Source: Bacillota bacterium
GTDB taxonomy: Bacteria > Bacillota > Clostridia > Acetivibrionales > JANLFN01
Reading direction: 5' to 3'
Assembly: GCA_030705825.1 (NCBI GenBank)
Contig: JAUZPR010000004.1
Coordinates: forward strand, 222-64,221
DNA length: 64,000 nt
This document shows positions 35,997 to 46,371 of the stretch, piece after piece (the stretch's first letter is position 1; each line of letters opens with the position of its first letter). Both the position numbers and the translations under genes were made by a program. Below the pieces are notes generated by a model that saw only the letters and a program-made list of their open reading frames with translations, ran no database searches and was not told the DNA's origin.

Positions 35997-37277
35997 ATGT
36001 ATTTATGTGCTGAGAGGTCAAAAACCGGGGGAAAAGTAAGAATACCCGGTTCTAAATCACATACAATCAGATCTTTATTTATTGCCAGCCTTTGCGAAGG
36101 AAAGTCACAAATCAGAAATCCTTTAATTTCGAACGATGCATTGTCCGCTTTAAAAACATGCCGGTCCCTGGGTGCCGTTATAGAACAGCATAATGATTAT
36201 TATTCTGCCCAGGGTTTTGGAGGGATACCTTCAACTCCGGAAGACATAATAGATGTAGGCAATTCAGGCACGACACTGAGGTTTGCTGTGATGGCTGCTG
36301 CTTTGGGAAACGGGTATTCGGTATTTACAGGTGATTACCAGATACGCAGAAGGCCGCTGGCGCCTTTGATAGATGCTATAAATGGGCTTGGGGCGGAGGC
36401 TGTCTCAACCAGATCCAATGGCATGGCTCCTGTAATTGTTAAGGGCAGGGCATCCGGAGGGAAAATAAGTCTTGATGCAGTAACGTCACAGTACCTTTCG
36501 TCTATACTTATCAGTGCACCTCTCCTGGATAACGACACTGAAATAACCCTGACCAGATTGAATGAAGTCCCTTATGTTGAAATGACACTTTGGTGGCTGG
36601 ATAAACAGGGGATTAAATATCAGAATGACAATTTCGAACATTTTCATATATATGGCCGACAAAAGTATAAACCTTTCGATATGGCCATACCTGGAGATTT
36701 TTCTTCTGCAACCTTTTTTATGGTGCTGGCGGCCATATCCGGCGGCGAATTTATTTTAGAAAATTTAGATATGACAGCCCCCCAGGGAGACAAAAGAGTA
36801 TTATCTATTCTTGCTCAAATGGGCTCAGAGGTAAAAATCCTTGAAAATGCCGTTTATATTAAAGGTAACCGACTTAAGGGTATGGAAATAGATATGAATT
36901 CAATACCTGATGCACTGCCTGCCATGGCGGTAGCCAGTTGTTTTGCTGAAGGTGAAACCAGGCTTGTCAATGTTCCACAGGCAAGACTGAAGGAAACCGA
37001 CAGAATACATGTAATGTGCCAGGAACTTTCAAAAATGGGAGCCGATATAACCGAACTGGAAGACGGTCTTGTTATAAGACAAAGCAGGCTTAAGGGCTGC
37101 AGGGTATCGGGCCATTATGATCACAGGGTCGTTATGTCTCTGGCGGTTGCAGGTTTAAATTCGGACGGTGTTACCATTATTGATACGGCTGAAGCAATGA
37201 ACGTAACCTTCCCTGAATTCGCAGACTTTGTACGTAAATGCGGGGGCAGCCTGGAAATGAAAGATACGGATAGTTGA
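35997..37277 (+). CDS. aroA: 3-phosphoshikimate 1-carboxyvinyltransferase (EPSP synthase).
   Basis: IPGSKSHTIRSL, GNSGTTLRF, RRRPLAPL and LKETDRI are EPSPS signatures. The gene is followed by aroK and aroC. Confidence 0.9.
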   Translation: MYLCAERSKTGGKVRIPGSKSHTIRSLFIASLCEGKSQIRNPLISNDALSALKTCRSLGAVIEQHNDYYSAQGFGGIPSTPEDIIDVGNSGTTLRFAVMAAALGNGYSVFTGDYQIRRRPLAPLIDAINGLGAEAVSTRSNGMAPVIVKGRASGGKISLDAVTSQYLSSILISAPLLDNDTEITLTRLNEVPYVEMTLWWLDKQGIKYQNDNFEHFHIYGRQKYKPFDMAIPGDFSSATFFMVLAAISGGEFILENLDMTAPQGDKRVLSILAQMGSEVKILENAVYIKGNRLKGMEIDMNSIPDALPAMAVASCFAEGETRLVNVPQARLKETDRIHVMCQELSKMGADITELEDGLVIRQSRLKGCRVSGHYDHRVVMSLAVAGLNSDGVTIIDTAEAMNVTFPEFADFVRKCGGSLEMKDTDS

Positions 37278-37285
37278 GGTATTAT

Positions 37286-37771
37286 ATGAAGAATATTGTA
37301 TTGATAGGTATGCCTAGTTCCGGAAAAACAACAATAGGCAAACTGCTGGCTAAAAAGCATGAAATGGCTTTTGTTGATACCGACCAGCTTATAAGGGAGC
37401 AGGAGAACAGGGAATTGAGTGAAATAGTAAATACACAAGGCCTGGATGCCTTTTTAAGGATTCAGGAAAACCTGGTAACAGGTCTTGAACTGGATAACAG
37501 CATCATTTCAACAGGCGGAAGTGTTGTATATGGAGAGTATTCCATGAGTCATCTGAAGACCTTGGGTAAAATTATTTATCTTGAAGTTGAATTTGAAGAA
37601 TTGGAACGAAGAATTACAACCAAAAGAAGGTTTGCAAGAAACAGGGAGCAGAGTTTTCATGACTTGTATCTCGAAAGGGTACCTTTATACAGAAAATATG
37701 CCGACGCAATTATAAATTGCAGCGGAAAAACCGCCGATGATATTGCAATGGAAATTGCCTCCGGTTTGTAA
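37286..37771 (+). CDS. aroK: Shikimate kinase.
   Basis: MKNIVLIGMPSSGKTTIGKLLA (P-loop), DTDQLI and STGGSVV. Confidence 0.85.
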   Translation: MKNIVLIGMPSSGKTTIGKLLAKKHEMAFVDTDQLIREQENRELSEIVNTQGLDAFLRIQENLVTGLELDNSIISTGGSVVYGEYSMSHLKTLGKIIYLEVEFEELERRITTKRRFARNREQSFHDLYLERVPLYRKYADAIINCSGKTADDIAMEIASGL

Positions 37772-37806
37772 AAGATAATTTACCTGTACATGGAAAGGAA
37801 AAAGCT

Positions 37807-38985
37807 ATGCTTGGAAATTCATTTGGAAGATTTTTTAAAGTTACTACCTGTGGTGAGTCTTATGGGGGAGCATTCAGGAGAAATCCCGATATTCCCGGAG
37901 AATTGCGCGGTGGTTTAATGACAATTATAGACGGCGTGCCGTCAGGACTAAAGCTTACTGCCGATATGATACAGGCTGAACTTGACAAAAGGAGGCCGGG
38001 ACAGTCTGAATTGGATACGCCAAGGAAGGAAAAAGACAAGGTCTATATTTATTCGGGAGTAATGGAAAATGATATTACCACCGGAGCGCCCATCGGAATG
38101 CTGATACCCAATACGGATATAGATGAACAGCATGTTGAAAAGCACAGAAGTTATCTGGATTTTATCAGACCCGGCCAGGCAGGCTATACATATTATAAAA
38201 AATTCGGACAAAATGCAGATCTTTACGGAGCGGGAAGAGCATCAGGGAGGGAAACGGCTGCCAGAGTTGCGGCTGGTGCAGTAGCTAAGGCTGTTCTGGA
38301 TGGTTTGGGCATTGATGTCATATCCTTTGTGACTGAAATCCATGGAATAAAATCCGGTGATATATCCTATGAAATTGCCAAAGCAAACTACAGGAAGAAT
38401 GAACTTAATTGTCCCGATCTTGAAAATGCCGTCAGGATGATTGATGAAATCAAAAAGATCAAAGCTGAGGGAGACTCCTGCGGGGGAGTAGTAGAAATAA
38501 TAGCAAGAGGCGTTGCGTCAGGTTTGGGTGAACCGGTTTTTGATAAGCTGAGTGCTACAATTGCACATGGTATTATGTCCATAGGCTCGGTAAAGGGCCT
38601 GGAATTCGGAGCCGGTTTTGAACATACACGAATGAAGGGCTCTGAATCAAACGACAAACCATACCTCGACAAGGATACCGGAAGAGTAAGATTTAAAACC
38701 AATAATGCAGGGGGGCTGCTCGGTGGTATTTCAAACGGCGAGGATATCAGGATAAGGGTAGCAGTTAAACCTACCCCCACTATATCGGTTACTCAATCAA
38801 CTGTTGATGTTAAGAATCTTGAAAATACAGACATATCATTTAAAACCAGGAACGATCCGTGCATTTGTCCCAGAATATACCCTGTGTGCGAAGCCATGGT
38901 AAGAATAGCCATACTTGATGCAATTTATATGGCTAAAGGTTACAGAGAATTGTCTTTTTTAGATGATAAATGGGACAGATTGTAA
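37807..38985 (+). CDS. aroC: Chorismate synthase with a divergent N-terminus.
   Basis: GNSFGRFFKVTTCGESYGG..., RRPGQS, RPGQAGYTYYKK, GRASGRETAARVAAGA, GDSCGGVVE, NNAGGLLGGISNGEDI and NDPCICPR are chorismate synthase blocks. Confidence 0.85.
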   Translation: MLGNSFGRFFKVTTCGESYGGAFRRNPDIPGELRGGLMTIIDGVPSGLKLTADMIQAELDKRRPGQSELDTPRKEKDKVYIYSGVMENDITTGAPIGMLIPNTDIDEQHVEKHRSYLDFIRPGQAGYTYYKKFGQNADLYGAGRASGRETAARVAAGAVAKAVLDGLGIDVISFVTEIHGIKSGDISYEIAKANYRKNELNCPDLENAVRMIDEIKKIKAEGDSCGGVVEIIARGVASGLGEPVFDKLSATIAHGIMSIGSVKGLEFGAGFEHTRMKGSESNDKPYLDKDTGRVRFKTNNAGGLLGGISNGEDIRIRVAVKPTPTISVTQSTVDVKNLENTDISFKTRNDPCICPRIYPVCEAMVRIAILDAIYMAKGYRELSFLDDKWDRL

Positions 38986-39132
38986 TACTTGGGATAATTT
39001 TATATGAAACAAGAAAGAAAGTAACGCTTTTCATTTATTTTGTTGCTATAATAGAGGAATTTTAAAAATAATGTCTAATTTTAAATTTAGATATATTTTC
39101 AATTATTAACTGGTAGCGGAGATATCATTTTT

Positions 39133-39936
39133 ATGAATGATCCTATTAAAATTCTTATTGCTGATGATAATGGAGACTTTGCAGGACTGCTCAATGAAAT
39201 TTTGAACAAGGAAGAGGATATGACAGTTGTAGGTATAGCGAAAGACGGGCTACAGACCTTGGAACTTATCAATATCCTTTCGCCTGATATAGTAGTTCTT
39301 GACATAATCATGCCAAATCTGGACGGAATTGGAGTTCTTGAAAGACTGGCTTCAGTTAAGAACAGTACAAAACCTTTATTCATAATGCTGTCAGCTATAG
39401 GCCAGGATGCATTTGTTCAAAAAGCCATTACTCTTGGGGCAGAATATTATCTTGTAAAACCCTTTGACATAAATATACTTCTTAAGAGGATAAGGCAAAT
39501 ACATAATGAAAAGAACATGTCCTGGTTTTCAAATATGATTCCTGATATGGAGGACGCCAGGCAGGATATTATCCACGACAAGAGTACTGAGGTTCAAGTA
39601 ACAAATTTCATACGTGATGCGGGGATTCCAGCACATATGTCAGGCTATCAGTACTTAAGGGAAGCAATAATATTAACCTTGAACAATAATAACAATATAA
39701 GATCGGTGACTAAAGCCTTATATCCCGAGGTAGCAGAAAAATTCAGTACCAGTCCTCAAAAGGTTGAACGGGCTATCAGAAATGCCATAGAAAGTGCATG
39801 GCTTAAAGGTAATACTTCATACCTGGATTCCATTTTCGGAAGTTCAGCTTCGTTTAATAAAGGCAGACCATCAAATTCTGAATTTATTGCAATTGTTGCC
39901 GAAAGAATAAAAATGTCTCATAGAAGAAGATATTAA
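39133..39936 (+). CDS. spo0A: Sporulation master regulator Spo0A.
   Basis: Receiver domain (ILIADDN...VLDIIMPNLDG...SA). Spo0A-specific C-terminal domain (IRDAGIPAHMSGYQYLREAI, PQKVERAIRNAIE, NSEFIA). Confidence 0.9.
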   Translation: MNDPIKILIADDNGDFAGLLNEILNKEEDMTVVGIAKDGLQTLELINILSPDIVVLDIIMPNLDGIGVLERLASVKNSTKPLFIMLSAIGQDAFVQKAITLGAEYYLVKPFDINILLKRIRQIHNEKNMSWFSNMIPDMEDARQDIIHDKSTEVQVTNFIRDAGIPAHMSGYQYLREAIILTLNNNNNIRSVTKALYPEVAEKFSTSPQKVERAIRNAIESAWLKGNTSYLDSIFGSSASFNKGRPSNSEFIAIVAERIKMSHRRRY

Positions 39937-39953
39937 ATGAATTTTTTGCAAAC

Positions 39954-39981
39954 AAAAAAGCCCTATTAACAGGGCTTTTTG
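39954..39981. terminator. Bidirectional terminator between spo0A and hup.
   Basis: aaaaaagccct-attaac-agggcttttt. Confidence 0.8.
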
Positions 39982-39994
39982 CCTTAAGTAATTA

Positions 39995-40270
39995 TTACTT
40001 GTTTACCTTATCCTTTAAACCCTTACCAGCTTTGAAAACTGGAGCGTTTGATGCAGGTATAGTAATTTCTTTCTTAGTCTGAGGATTTCTGCCTTTTCTA
40101 GCAGCCCTTTTCCTAACTTCGAAGGTTCCAAAACCAACAAGAACAACCTTGTCACCTTTTTTGAGAGCATCTTCTACAGATGCGATAAAAGCGTTGAGAG
40201 CAGCTTCACTGTTCTTCTTATTCAATCCTGATTTAGAAGCGATAGAGTTAACTAAATCTGTCTTATTCAT
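39995..40270 (-). CDS. hup: HU-family DNA-binding protein.
   Basis: ATG 40270 lies 8 nt after AGGAGG. MNKTDLVNSIA...GFGTFEVRKRAARKGRNPQT...F.AGK is the canonical HU sequence. Confidence 0.9.
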   Translation of the reverse strand: MNKTDLVNSIASKSGLNKKNSEAALNAFIASVEDALKKGDKVVLVGFGTFEVRKRAARKGRNPQTKKEITIPASNAPVFKAGKGLKDKVNK

Positions 40271-40303
40271 GTACATAACCTCCTAATTTTGGAATTCGAC
40301 ATT

Positions 40304-40332
40304 ATTTTATAACGAAAGTCGCACCAAGTCAA
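40304..40332 (-). promoter_or_regulatory. Sigma-A-like promoter of hup.
   Basis: On the minus strand: TTGACT (40332-40327), 17-nt spacer, TAAAAT (40309-40304). Confidence 0.6.
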
Positions 40333-40463
40333 GCTTTTGGGAATAAATTAGTCTGGAAGAACTATATTTTTAAGGATTTTTTAAAATTAGTTGATTTTAC
40401 CGTTTAAAAAGTATATAATTATTCTTTTTTTACTCCTGCAAATCAAATTAGCCTACAGCTGTC

Positions 40464-40850
40464 TCATGTTTGGGGTATAATACAAATTTCTACATTTGGC
40501 AGAAGAGATCGTAATTCGTCGAAAAAATTATTTTCCTTATGTTTGTCGGGTGATGCACCCATAACAATACATCCTATTTTGTTATTCTTGGCAAAGTCTG
40601 CAATAGTTTCACCGATTTTATCCGATTTAAGGACAGTTAAATTGGCGCCAACCGATTTTGAAATTTTAAACAGATATTCCAAAGCTTCACCCTCTTTAGC
40701 GTTATCAAGAAAATTCCAGCTGTTCTTTGCCACATGAAGTACATAAAGTTCACCGTCAAATTCATCTTTATATTCGGAAGCGTTAACAATCAGCCTTTCA
40801 CAGGTCTTCTGCTGAGTTACGCAAACTAGTATGTTTTTTTGTTTATTCAA
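40464..40850 (-). CDS. Universal stress protein (UspA-like) domain protein.
   Basis: NILVCVT...YVLHV...CIVMGAS is the Usp alpha/beta fold pattern. 128 aa. Confidence 0.65.
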   Translation of the reverse strand: MNKQKNILVCVTQQKTCERLIVNASEYKDEFDGELYVLHVAKNSWNFLDNAKEGEALEYLFKISKSVGANLTVLKSDKIGETIADFAKNNKIGCIVMGASPDKHKENNFFDELRSLLPNVEICIIPQT

Positions 40851-40980
40851 TAATTAATCCCCCTTCCAAAGCTACGATAATAACTCAACAATATATTATT
40901 ATATACTTTCCTGCACAATAATGAAAAGAGGGAAATACTTTGATTGAAAAGCATCGGTATGCTATATTTAAAAATAAGTT

Positions 40981-41451
40981 TTGAGGGAGGGTGGTAATAT
41001 TAATAATTTTACTTTGAACACTTTTGTTCAGAACTTTAAAAGGGACAAGGAAGAGTTTCACCAAAGGTTTGAAACCCTCAATAAAAAACTGGATGATATT
41101 AATAGCAGATTTGACAGCTTTGAAACTGGAATAGGAGATCTGAACAAAAAGCTGACAGATATTGAAGATATACATTATTTCCTGTTTTCCAGGATTGGCG
41201 GTCCTGAGATGCGGCTGGATAATGTAAATGTTTACTTATCTTCCATACAAACAAGCCTTAAAGAATATAAGACTCTTGTATTTGAGGGGAATAAGGAAAT
41301 AGACGGTGAAATATTAATGCTGAAAATAAAGCTTCAAAAAATAAAACCCATAATTAGCTGGGAAAACAATAAAATCTTGTTTAACAAATATATAGAAATA
41401 GAAAATGATTTTAAGGAAATAGAGAACATTTTAACAACAGCTGAGAAATAA
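40981..41451 (+). CDS. Hypothetical coiled-coil protein.
   Basis: The open frame follows GAGGGAGGG. The start codon is uncertain (the TTG at 40981 overlaps the RBS, so a later TTG or ATT is possible). Heptad-rich sequence. A strong terminator follows. Confidence 0.45.
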   Translation: MREGGNINNFTLNTFVQNFKRDKEEFHQRFETLNKKLDDINSRFDSFETGIGDLNKKLTDIEDIHYFLFSRIGGPEMRLDNVNVYLSSIQTSLKEYKTLVFEGNKEIDGEILMLKIKLQKIKPIISWENNKILFNKYIEIENDFKEIENILTTAEK

Positions 41452-41490
41452 GACGGCTGATATTAATTTTTAAAATCGCAACTTCACTTT

Positions 41491-41530
41491 AAGCAAGGAA
41501 AAGGTCTCCTTTTTCCTTGCTTTTTATTTT
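41491..41530 (+). terminator. Intrinsic terminator.
   Basis: aagcaaggaaaagg-tct-cctttttccttgctt followed by tttatttttg. Confidence 0.8.
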
Positions 41531-41605
41531 TGTATATAATAAAATCTCAATTGGACGCTGAACAAGCTGTTAATTTCTTGTAATATACATTGTAAGGAGG
41601 AATCC

Positions 41606-42448
41606 ATGAAGACAATTCATACTGAAGATATTATAAAGGCTGTCGAAAAGATTGCCGTAGAAGCAAATTATTATTTGAACAGCGATATATATGAGGCATT
41701 AAACAGAGGATTGGAACAAGAGGAATCGGAAATCGGAAAGGATATTTTAAGCAAGCTCTTAAAAAATGCCGAGATTGCCGGAAAAAGGAATATGGCTATT
41801 TGTCAGGATACAGGTATGGCGGTAATTTTTGCGTCTGTCGGACAGGATGTACATATTAAGGGTGGGAGCCTTACCGATGCAATAAATGAAGGAATACGCA
41901 GAGGATATGGAAAAGGGTATCTCAGAAAATCGGTGGTAAAGGATCCTATAGAAAGAGTAAATACAGGTGATAACACTCCTGCAATCATACATTATGATAT
42001 AGTTGAGGGTGATACACTTAAAATAATCATAGCGCCCAAAGGTTTTGGAAGCGAGAATATGAGCGCACTGAAAATGCTTAAGCCTTCAGATGGTATCGAA
42101 GGTGTTAAGAACTTTATAATCGATACGGTAAATAATGCAGGCCCTAATCCATGCCCACCGATTGTTGTGGGAGTCGGTATCGGGGGAACTATGGAGAAGG
42201 CTGCAATTTTGGCTAAAAAGGCTTTACTGAGGCCTATAGATATAAGAAATGATATAGAATATGTATCGACTCTTGAAAAGGAAATGCTGTCTAAAATCAA
42301 TGATCTGGGTATAGGTCCTTCCGGTCTTGGAGGAAGGGTCACAGCTCTGGCTGTAAATATTGAGGTTTTTCCAACTCACATAGCAGGTCTTCCGGTAGCA
42401 GTGAATATAAACTGCCACGCAACAAGACACGCGGAAGCGGTTTTATAA
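41606..42448 (+). CDS. Fe-S hydro-lyase alpha subunit (class I fumarate hydratase / L(+)-tartrate dehydratase type).
   Basis: [29 protein letters not shown] and [13 protein letters not shown] are signature blocks of the alpha (N-terminal) domain. Confidence 0.85.
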   Translation: MKTIHTEDIIKAVEKIAVEANYYLNSDIYEALNRGLEQEESEIGKDILSKLLKNAEIAGKRNMAICQDTGMAVIFASVGQDVHIKGGSLTDAINEGIRRGYGKGYLRKSVVKDPIERVNTGDNTPAIIHYDIVEGDTLKIIIAPKGFGSENMSALKMLKPSDGIEGVKNFIIDTVNNAGPNPCPPIVVGVGIGGTMEKAAILAKKALLRPIDIRNDIEYVSTLEKEMLSKINDLGIGPSGLGGRVTALAVNIEVFPTHIAGLPVAVNINCHATRHAEAVL

Positions 42449-42780
42449 GTTAGGAGTTTAGGGTTAGGGGTTTAGAGTTAGGAGTTTAGGGTTAGGGGTT
42501 TAGAGTTAGGAGTTCAGAGTTAGGAGTTCAGAGTTAGGAGTTCAGAGTGCGGAGTTCAGAGCTCAGGGTGGAGAGTTTTCAGAGTTTAATGTTAAGAGTT
42601 TAGAGTTTAAAGTTAAAAGTTAAAAGTTGAAGTTCGGGGTTTATTGTTTAAGATTTGAACCTCAGAATTTTGAACTCCCTACAGCGAACACCGAACTAAT
42701 AGTCTCTGAATCCCAAATCACAAAAGCCGAACCGAAAACTCCGAACCGCGAACTACATACTCTGAACTTGCCAATCTGAA
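42449..42780 (+). repeat. Intercistronic array of degenerate GTTNRGR heptamers (42449 to about 42660), followed by an inverted, complementary array (about 42661-42780).
   Basis: Starts immediately after the alpha-subunit stop codon. The 28-nt unit GTTAGGAGTTTAGGGTTAGGGGTTTAGA occurs twice (42449-42504). The 14-nt unit GTTAGGAGTTCAGA occurs three times (42505-42546). Decaying copies follow. The second half reads as the reverse complement of the same family (TCTGAACT, GAACTCC, CCGAAC). Confidence 0.9.
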
Positions 42781-42795
42781 AAAAGGAGTGTTTTT

Positions 42796-43347
42796 ATGTT
42801 ACATGAGATTAGTTCGCCGCTTACAAAGGAAATGGTAAAGAATTTGAAGGCGGGTGATACTGTAAGAATAAATGGTACTGTATATGCGGCCAGGGATGCT
42901 GCACATAAAAAAATGATTGAGTTGTTAAATAAAGGTATGGAGCTTCCTTTTGATGTTAGAGGACAGATTATATATTACGTCGGACCATGCCCGGAACGCG
43001 AGGGCCAGGTAATAGGTTCGGCCGGTCCTACCACAAGCAGCAGAATGGATGCATATGCACCTGCCTTAATAGAACTTGGACTTTTAGGAATGATTGGAAA
43101 AGGTCTTAGAAACGATAAAGTAATAGAAGCAATGAAAACTCATTCGGCTGTTTACCTTGGAGCCATTGGCGGTGCAGGAGCCCTGACTGCCAATTGTATA
43201 GTCGGTCAGGAAATAATAGCATTTCCGGAACTGGGCCCGGAGGCATTAAGAAAGCTCCAGGTTAAGGATTTCGAGACTGTGGTTATTATAGACAGCTACG
43301 GTACCAATTTGTATGAAATAGGCAGGAAAAAATACAACAGAGCTTAA
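42796..43347 (+). CDS. Fe-S hydro-lyase beta subunit (class I fumarate hydratase / tartrate dehydratase C-terminal domain).
   Basis: RBS AAAGGAG 7 nt upstream. GTVYAARDAAHKK, GPTTSSRMD and GMIGKG are typical of the beta subunit. Confidence 0.85.
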   Translation: MLHEISSPLTKEMVKNLKAGDTVRINGTVYAARDAAHKKMIELLNKGMELPFDVRGQIIYYVGPCPEREGQVIGSAGPTTSSRMDAYAPALIELGLLGMIGKGLRNDKVIEAMKTHSAVYLGAIGGAGALTANCIVGQEIIAFPELGPEALRKLQVKDFETVVIIDSYGTNLYEIGRKKYNRA

Positions 43348-43506
43348 TTGGATATGTAATTTAATTTGCCAATATAGTATAATAGAAAAGACTTGAATGG
43401 AATTTTATTCATTTTACATAGTTTTATTTTATTTACCTGAAAATATGGGTATTAAATATTCAAGATAAATAAAAAATATAATTAAATAGATTGGAGGTGT
43501 TTTTTA

Positions 43507-43716
43507 ATGTCAAAGGTAACACCTGATATGATAATTTCGGATATTATCAATCTTGATAGAGGAACTATACCGATTTTGCTTAATGCCGGCATGCACTGCC
43601 TGGGGTGTCCGTCATCACAGGGCGAAAGTCTGGAAGAAGCATGTGCTGTTCATGGAATAGATACAGATGAATTGGTTAAACAAATCAACAGTTATCTGGA
43701 AGGCTCAAACAAGTAA
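43507..43716 (+). CDS. DUF1858-type small redox/disulfide protein.
   Basis: RBS TGGAGGTG. ...GMHCLGCPSS..ESLEEAC..HGID... is the characteristic DUF1858 pattern. Confidence 0.7.
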   Translation: MSKVTPDMIISDIINLDRGTIPILLNAGMHCLGCPSSQGESLEEACAVHGIDTDELVKQINSYLEGSNK

Positions 43717-43883
43717 TTAAAATTTTCAATTAACAATAAAAGCTCAAGGTTAAAAGACTTTGGGTTTTTATTTTTTTGCTGTTTGCAAAATGAGTCGAAC
43801 ATTATTGCCAATTTATAAAAAAATATTCGGATAATTGTTAAATTGTTATTGATTTATAGAACGATTCTTTGGTATTATTATGA

Positions 43884-45278
<1,395 letters not shown>

Positions 45279-45294
45279 AATAGAAGAAAACCTG

Positions 45295-45324
45295 TTGACA
45301 AGCTTGATACTTCTAATGTAATAT
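45295..45324 (+). promoter_or_regulatory. Candidate sigma-A promoter for tRNA-Lys.
   Basis: TTGACA (45295-45300), 18-nt spacer, TAATAT (45319-45324). Confidence 0.45.
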
Positions 45325-45369
45325 ATATAAATGTCGGCTGAAGTTCGGCAAAACAAACTTCAGCCATAT

Positions 45370-45445
45370 GGGCTATTAGCTCAGTTGGCAGAGCACTTGA
45401 CTTTTAATCAAGGTGTCCCGCGTTCGAATCGCGGATAGCTCACCA
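45370..45445 (+). tRNA. tRNA-Lys (anticodon UUU), CCA encoded.
   Basis: Cloverleaf read by eye. Acceptor GGGCTAT/ATAGCTC. D arm GCTC-AGTTGGCA-GAGC. Anticodon arm CTTGA-CTTTTAA-TCAAG. T arm CCGCG-TTCGAAT-CGCGG. Ends in discriminator A plus CCA. Confidence 0.9.
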
Positions 45446-45478
45446 AAAAACCTGTAATCATGGATTACAGGTTTTTTT
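45445..45478 (+). terminator. Intrinsic terminator after the tRNA.
   Basis: aaaaacctgtaatc-atg-gattacaggttttttt. Confidence 0.8.
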
Positions 45479-45703
45479 AATGCGTAAAAACAAGCACTAT
45501 GTTTTGGGTACGATCTGCATCTAGCCAGGAGGCAAAATTTACAATCCTTGGGGATATTGAATGTATTGCCTATTTTGTACGTCTCTATAATGGTAGAGTT
45601 TACATAAAAGGATGACTCGTGTTGAGGATTGATAATCTGGAAAATTATTAGTATTATTGAAATATAATAGTATGGAAATGCGAATAAAAAGGGGATTGTA
45701 GTA

Positions 45704-46222
45704 TTGAAAAAGGCTATCACTGTTTTAGGATTAATTATTTTAATACTTGTATTTTCCATATTTTACAGACACACTATTCAATCTAGAAATAGTGATATCA
45801 TGTCCAATAAAAATATCGCATCTTCTATAAACAGTTCAAATACCATGCCAGTATCTGAGCCAAATGAATATAAAACACCTTATCAATGGAAATTGGAAGG
45901 CTATACCCAACGACACGGCTTAATAAGAACAGCAAATACCGTATGGTCTATAAAAGGAATTCTTGAACCAAATCAGGAAGTCTGGGATGAGTTAGTTGCA
46001 TGGAGTGGCTCTAATGAAAATGGAAAACAAGTTATAGGAATATTTGTTGATAATGGTCAAGTTTTTGATGGTAAATATGATGCCATATGTCTATCACCTA
46101 ATCAGAATATTGGTAAAATTTATATTACTAATGTAAACGGGGATGTGCTTTATTTGAAATCAGAAAATGGAACTAGTGGTACCTTTAATATAGATACAAA
46201 AACATGGACTTTTAATAAGTAA
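45704..46222 (+). CDS. Hypothetical exported protein.
   Basis: TTG start 8 nt after AAGGGGA. N-terminal MKKAITVLGLIILILVFSIF signal/anchor. No motif recognised. Confidence 0.6.
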   Translation: MKKAITVLGLIILILVFSIFYRHTIQSRNSDIMSNKNIASSINSSNTMPVSEPNEYKTPYQWKLEGYTQRHGLIRTANTVWSIKGILEPNQEVWDELVAWSGSNENGKQVIGIFVDNGQVFDGKYDAICLSPNQNIGKIYITNVNGDVLYLKSENGTSGTFNIDTKTWTFNK

Positions 46223-46371
46223 ATATTTTTAATTATTATATGTTGACGATTATTTTCGGCTTAATCCTATTCGTTTTATTTACAGAAAGCGTAACTGTAA
46301 CAAATCCATATTTTATGAGTCGTTACGAGTCAATAATCCCATTCACTTATATTTTTATTAGAGGTGATTTT

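Noticed and set aside
39072-39078. TGTCTAA upstream of spo0A, considered as a Spo0A (0A-box, TGTCGAA-like) autoregulatory site.
   Set aside because: It is a single 7-mer with a mismatch, and its expected frequency by chance is high in this composition.
40885-41175. 96-aa minus-strand ORF between the usp gene and the coiled-coil ORF.
   Set aside because: It overlaps the plus-strand ORF that has a strong SD and terminator. It has no RBS, and its hydrophobic, low-complexity translation looks spurious.
42449-42780. Heptamer array considered as a CRISPR array or a genuine telomere.
   Set aside because: The repeat period is 7/14/28 nt with no unique spacers, so it is not CRISPR. It is internal to an operon on what looks like ordinary chromosomal DNA, so the telomere resemblance is only sequence-level.
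45376-45759. 127-aa minus-strand ORF.
   Set aside because: Its 3' part is the reverse complement of the tRNA-Lys gene and its terminator. The tRNA cloverleaf is far better supported.
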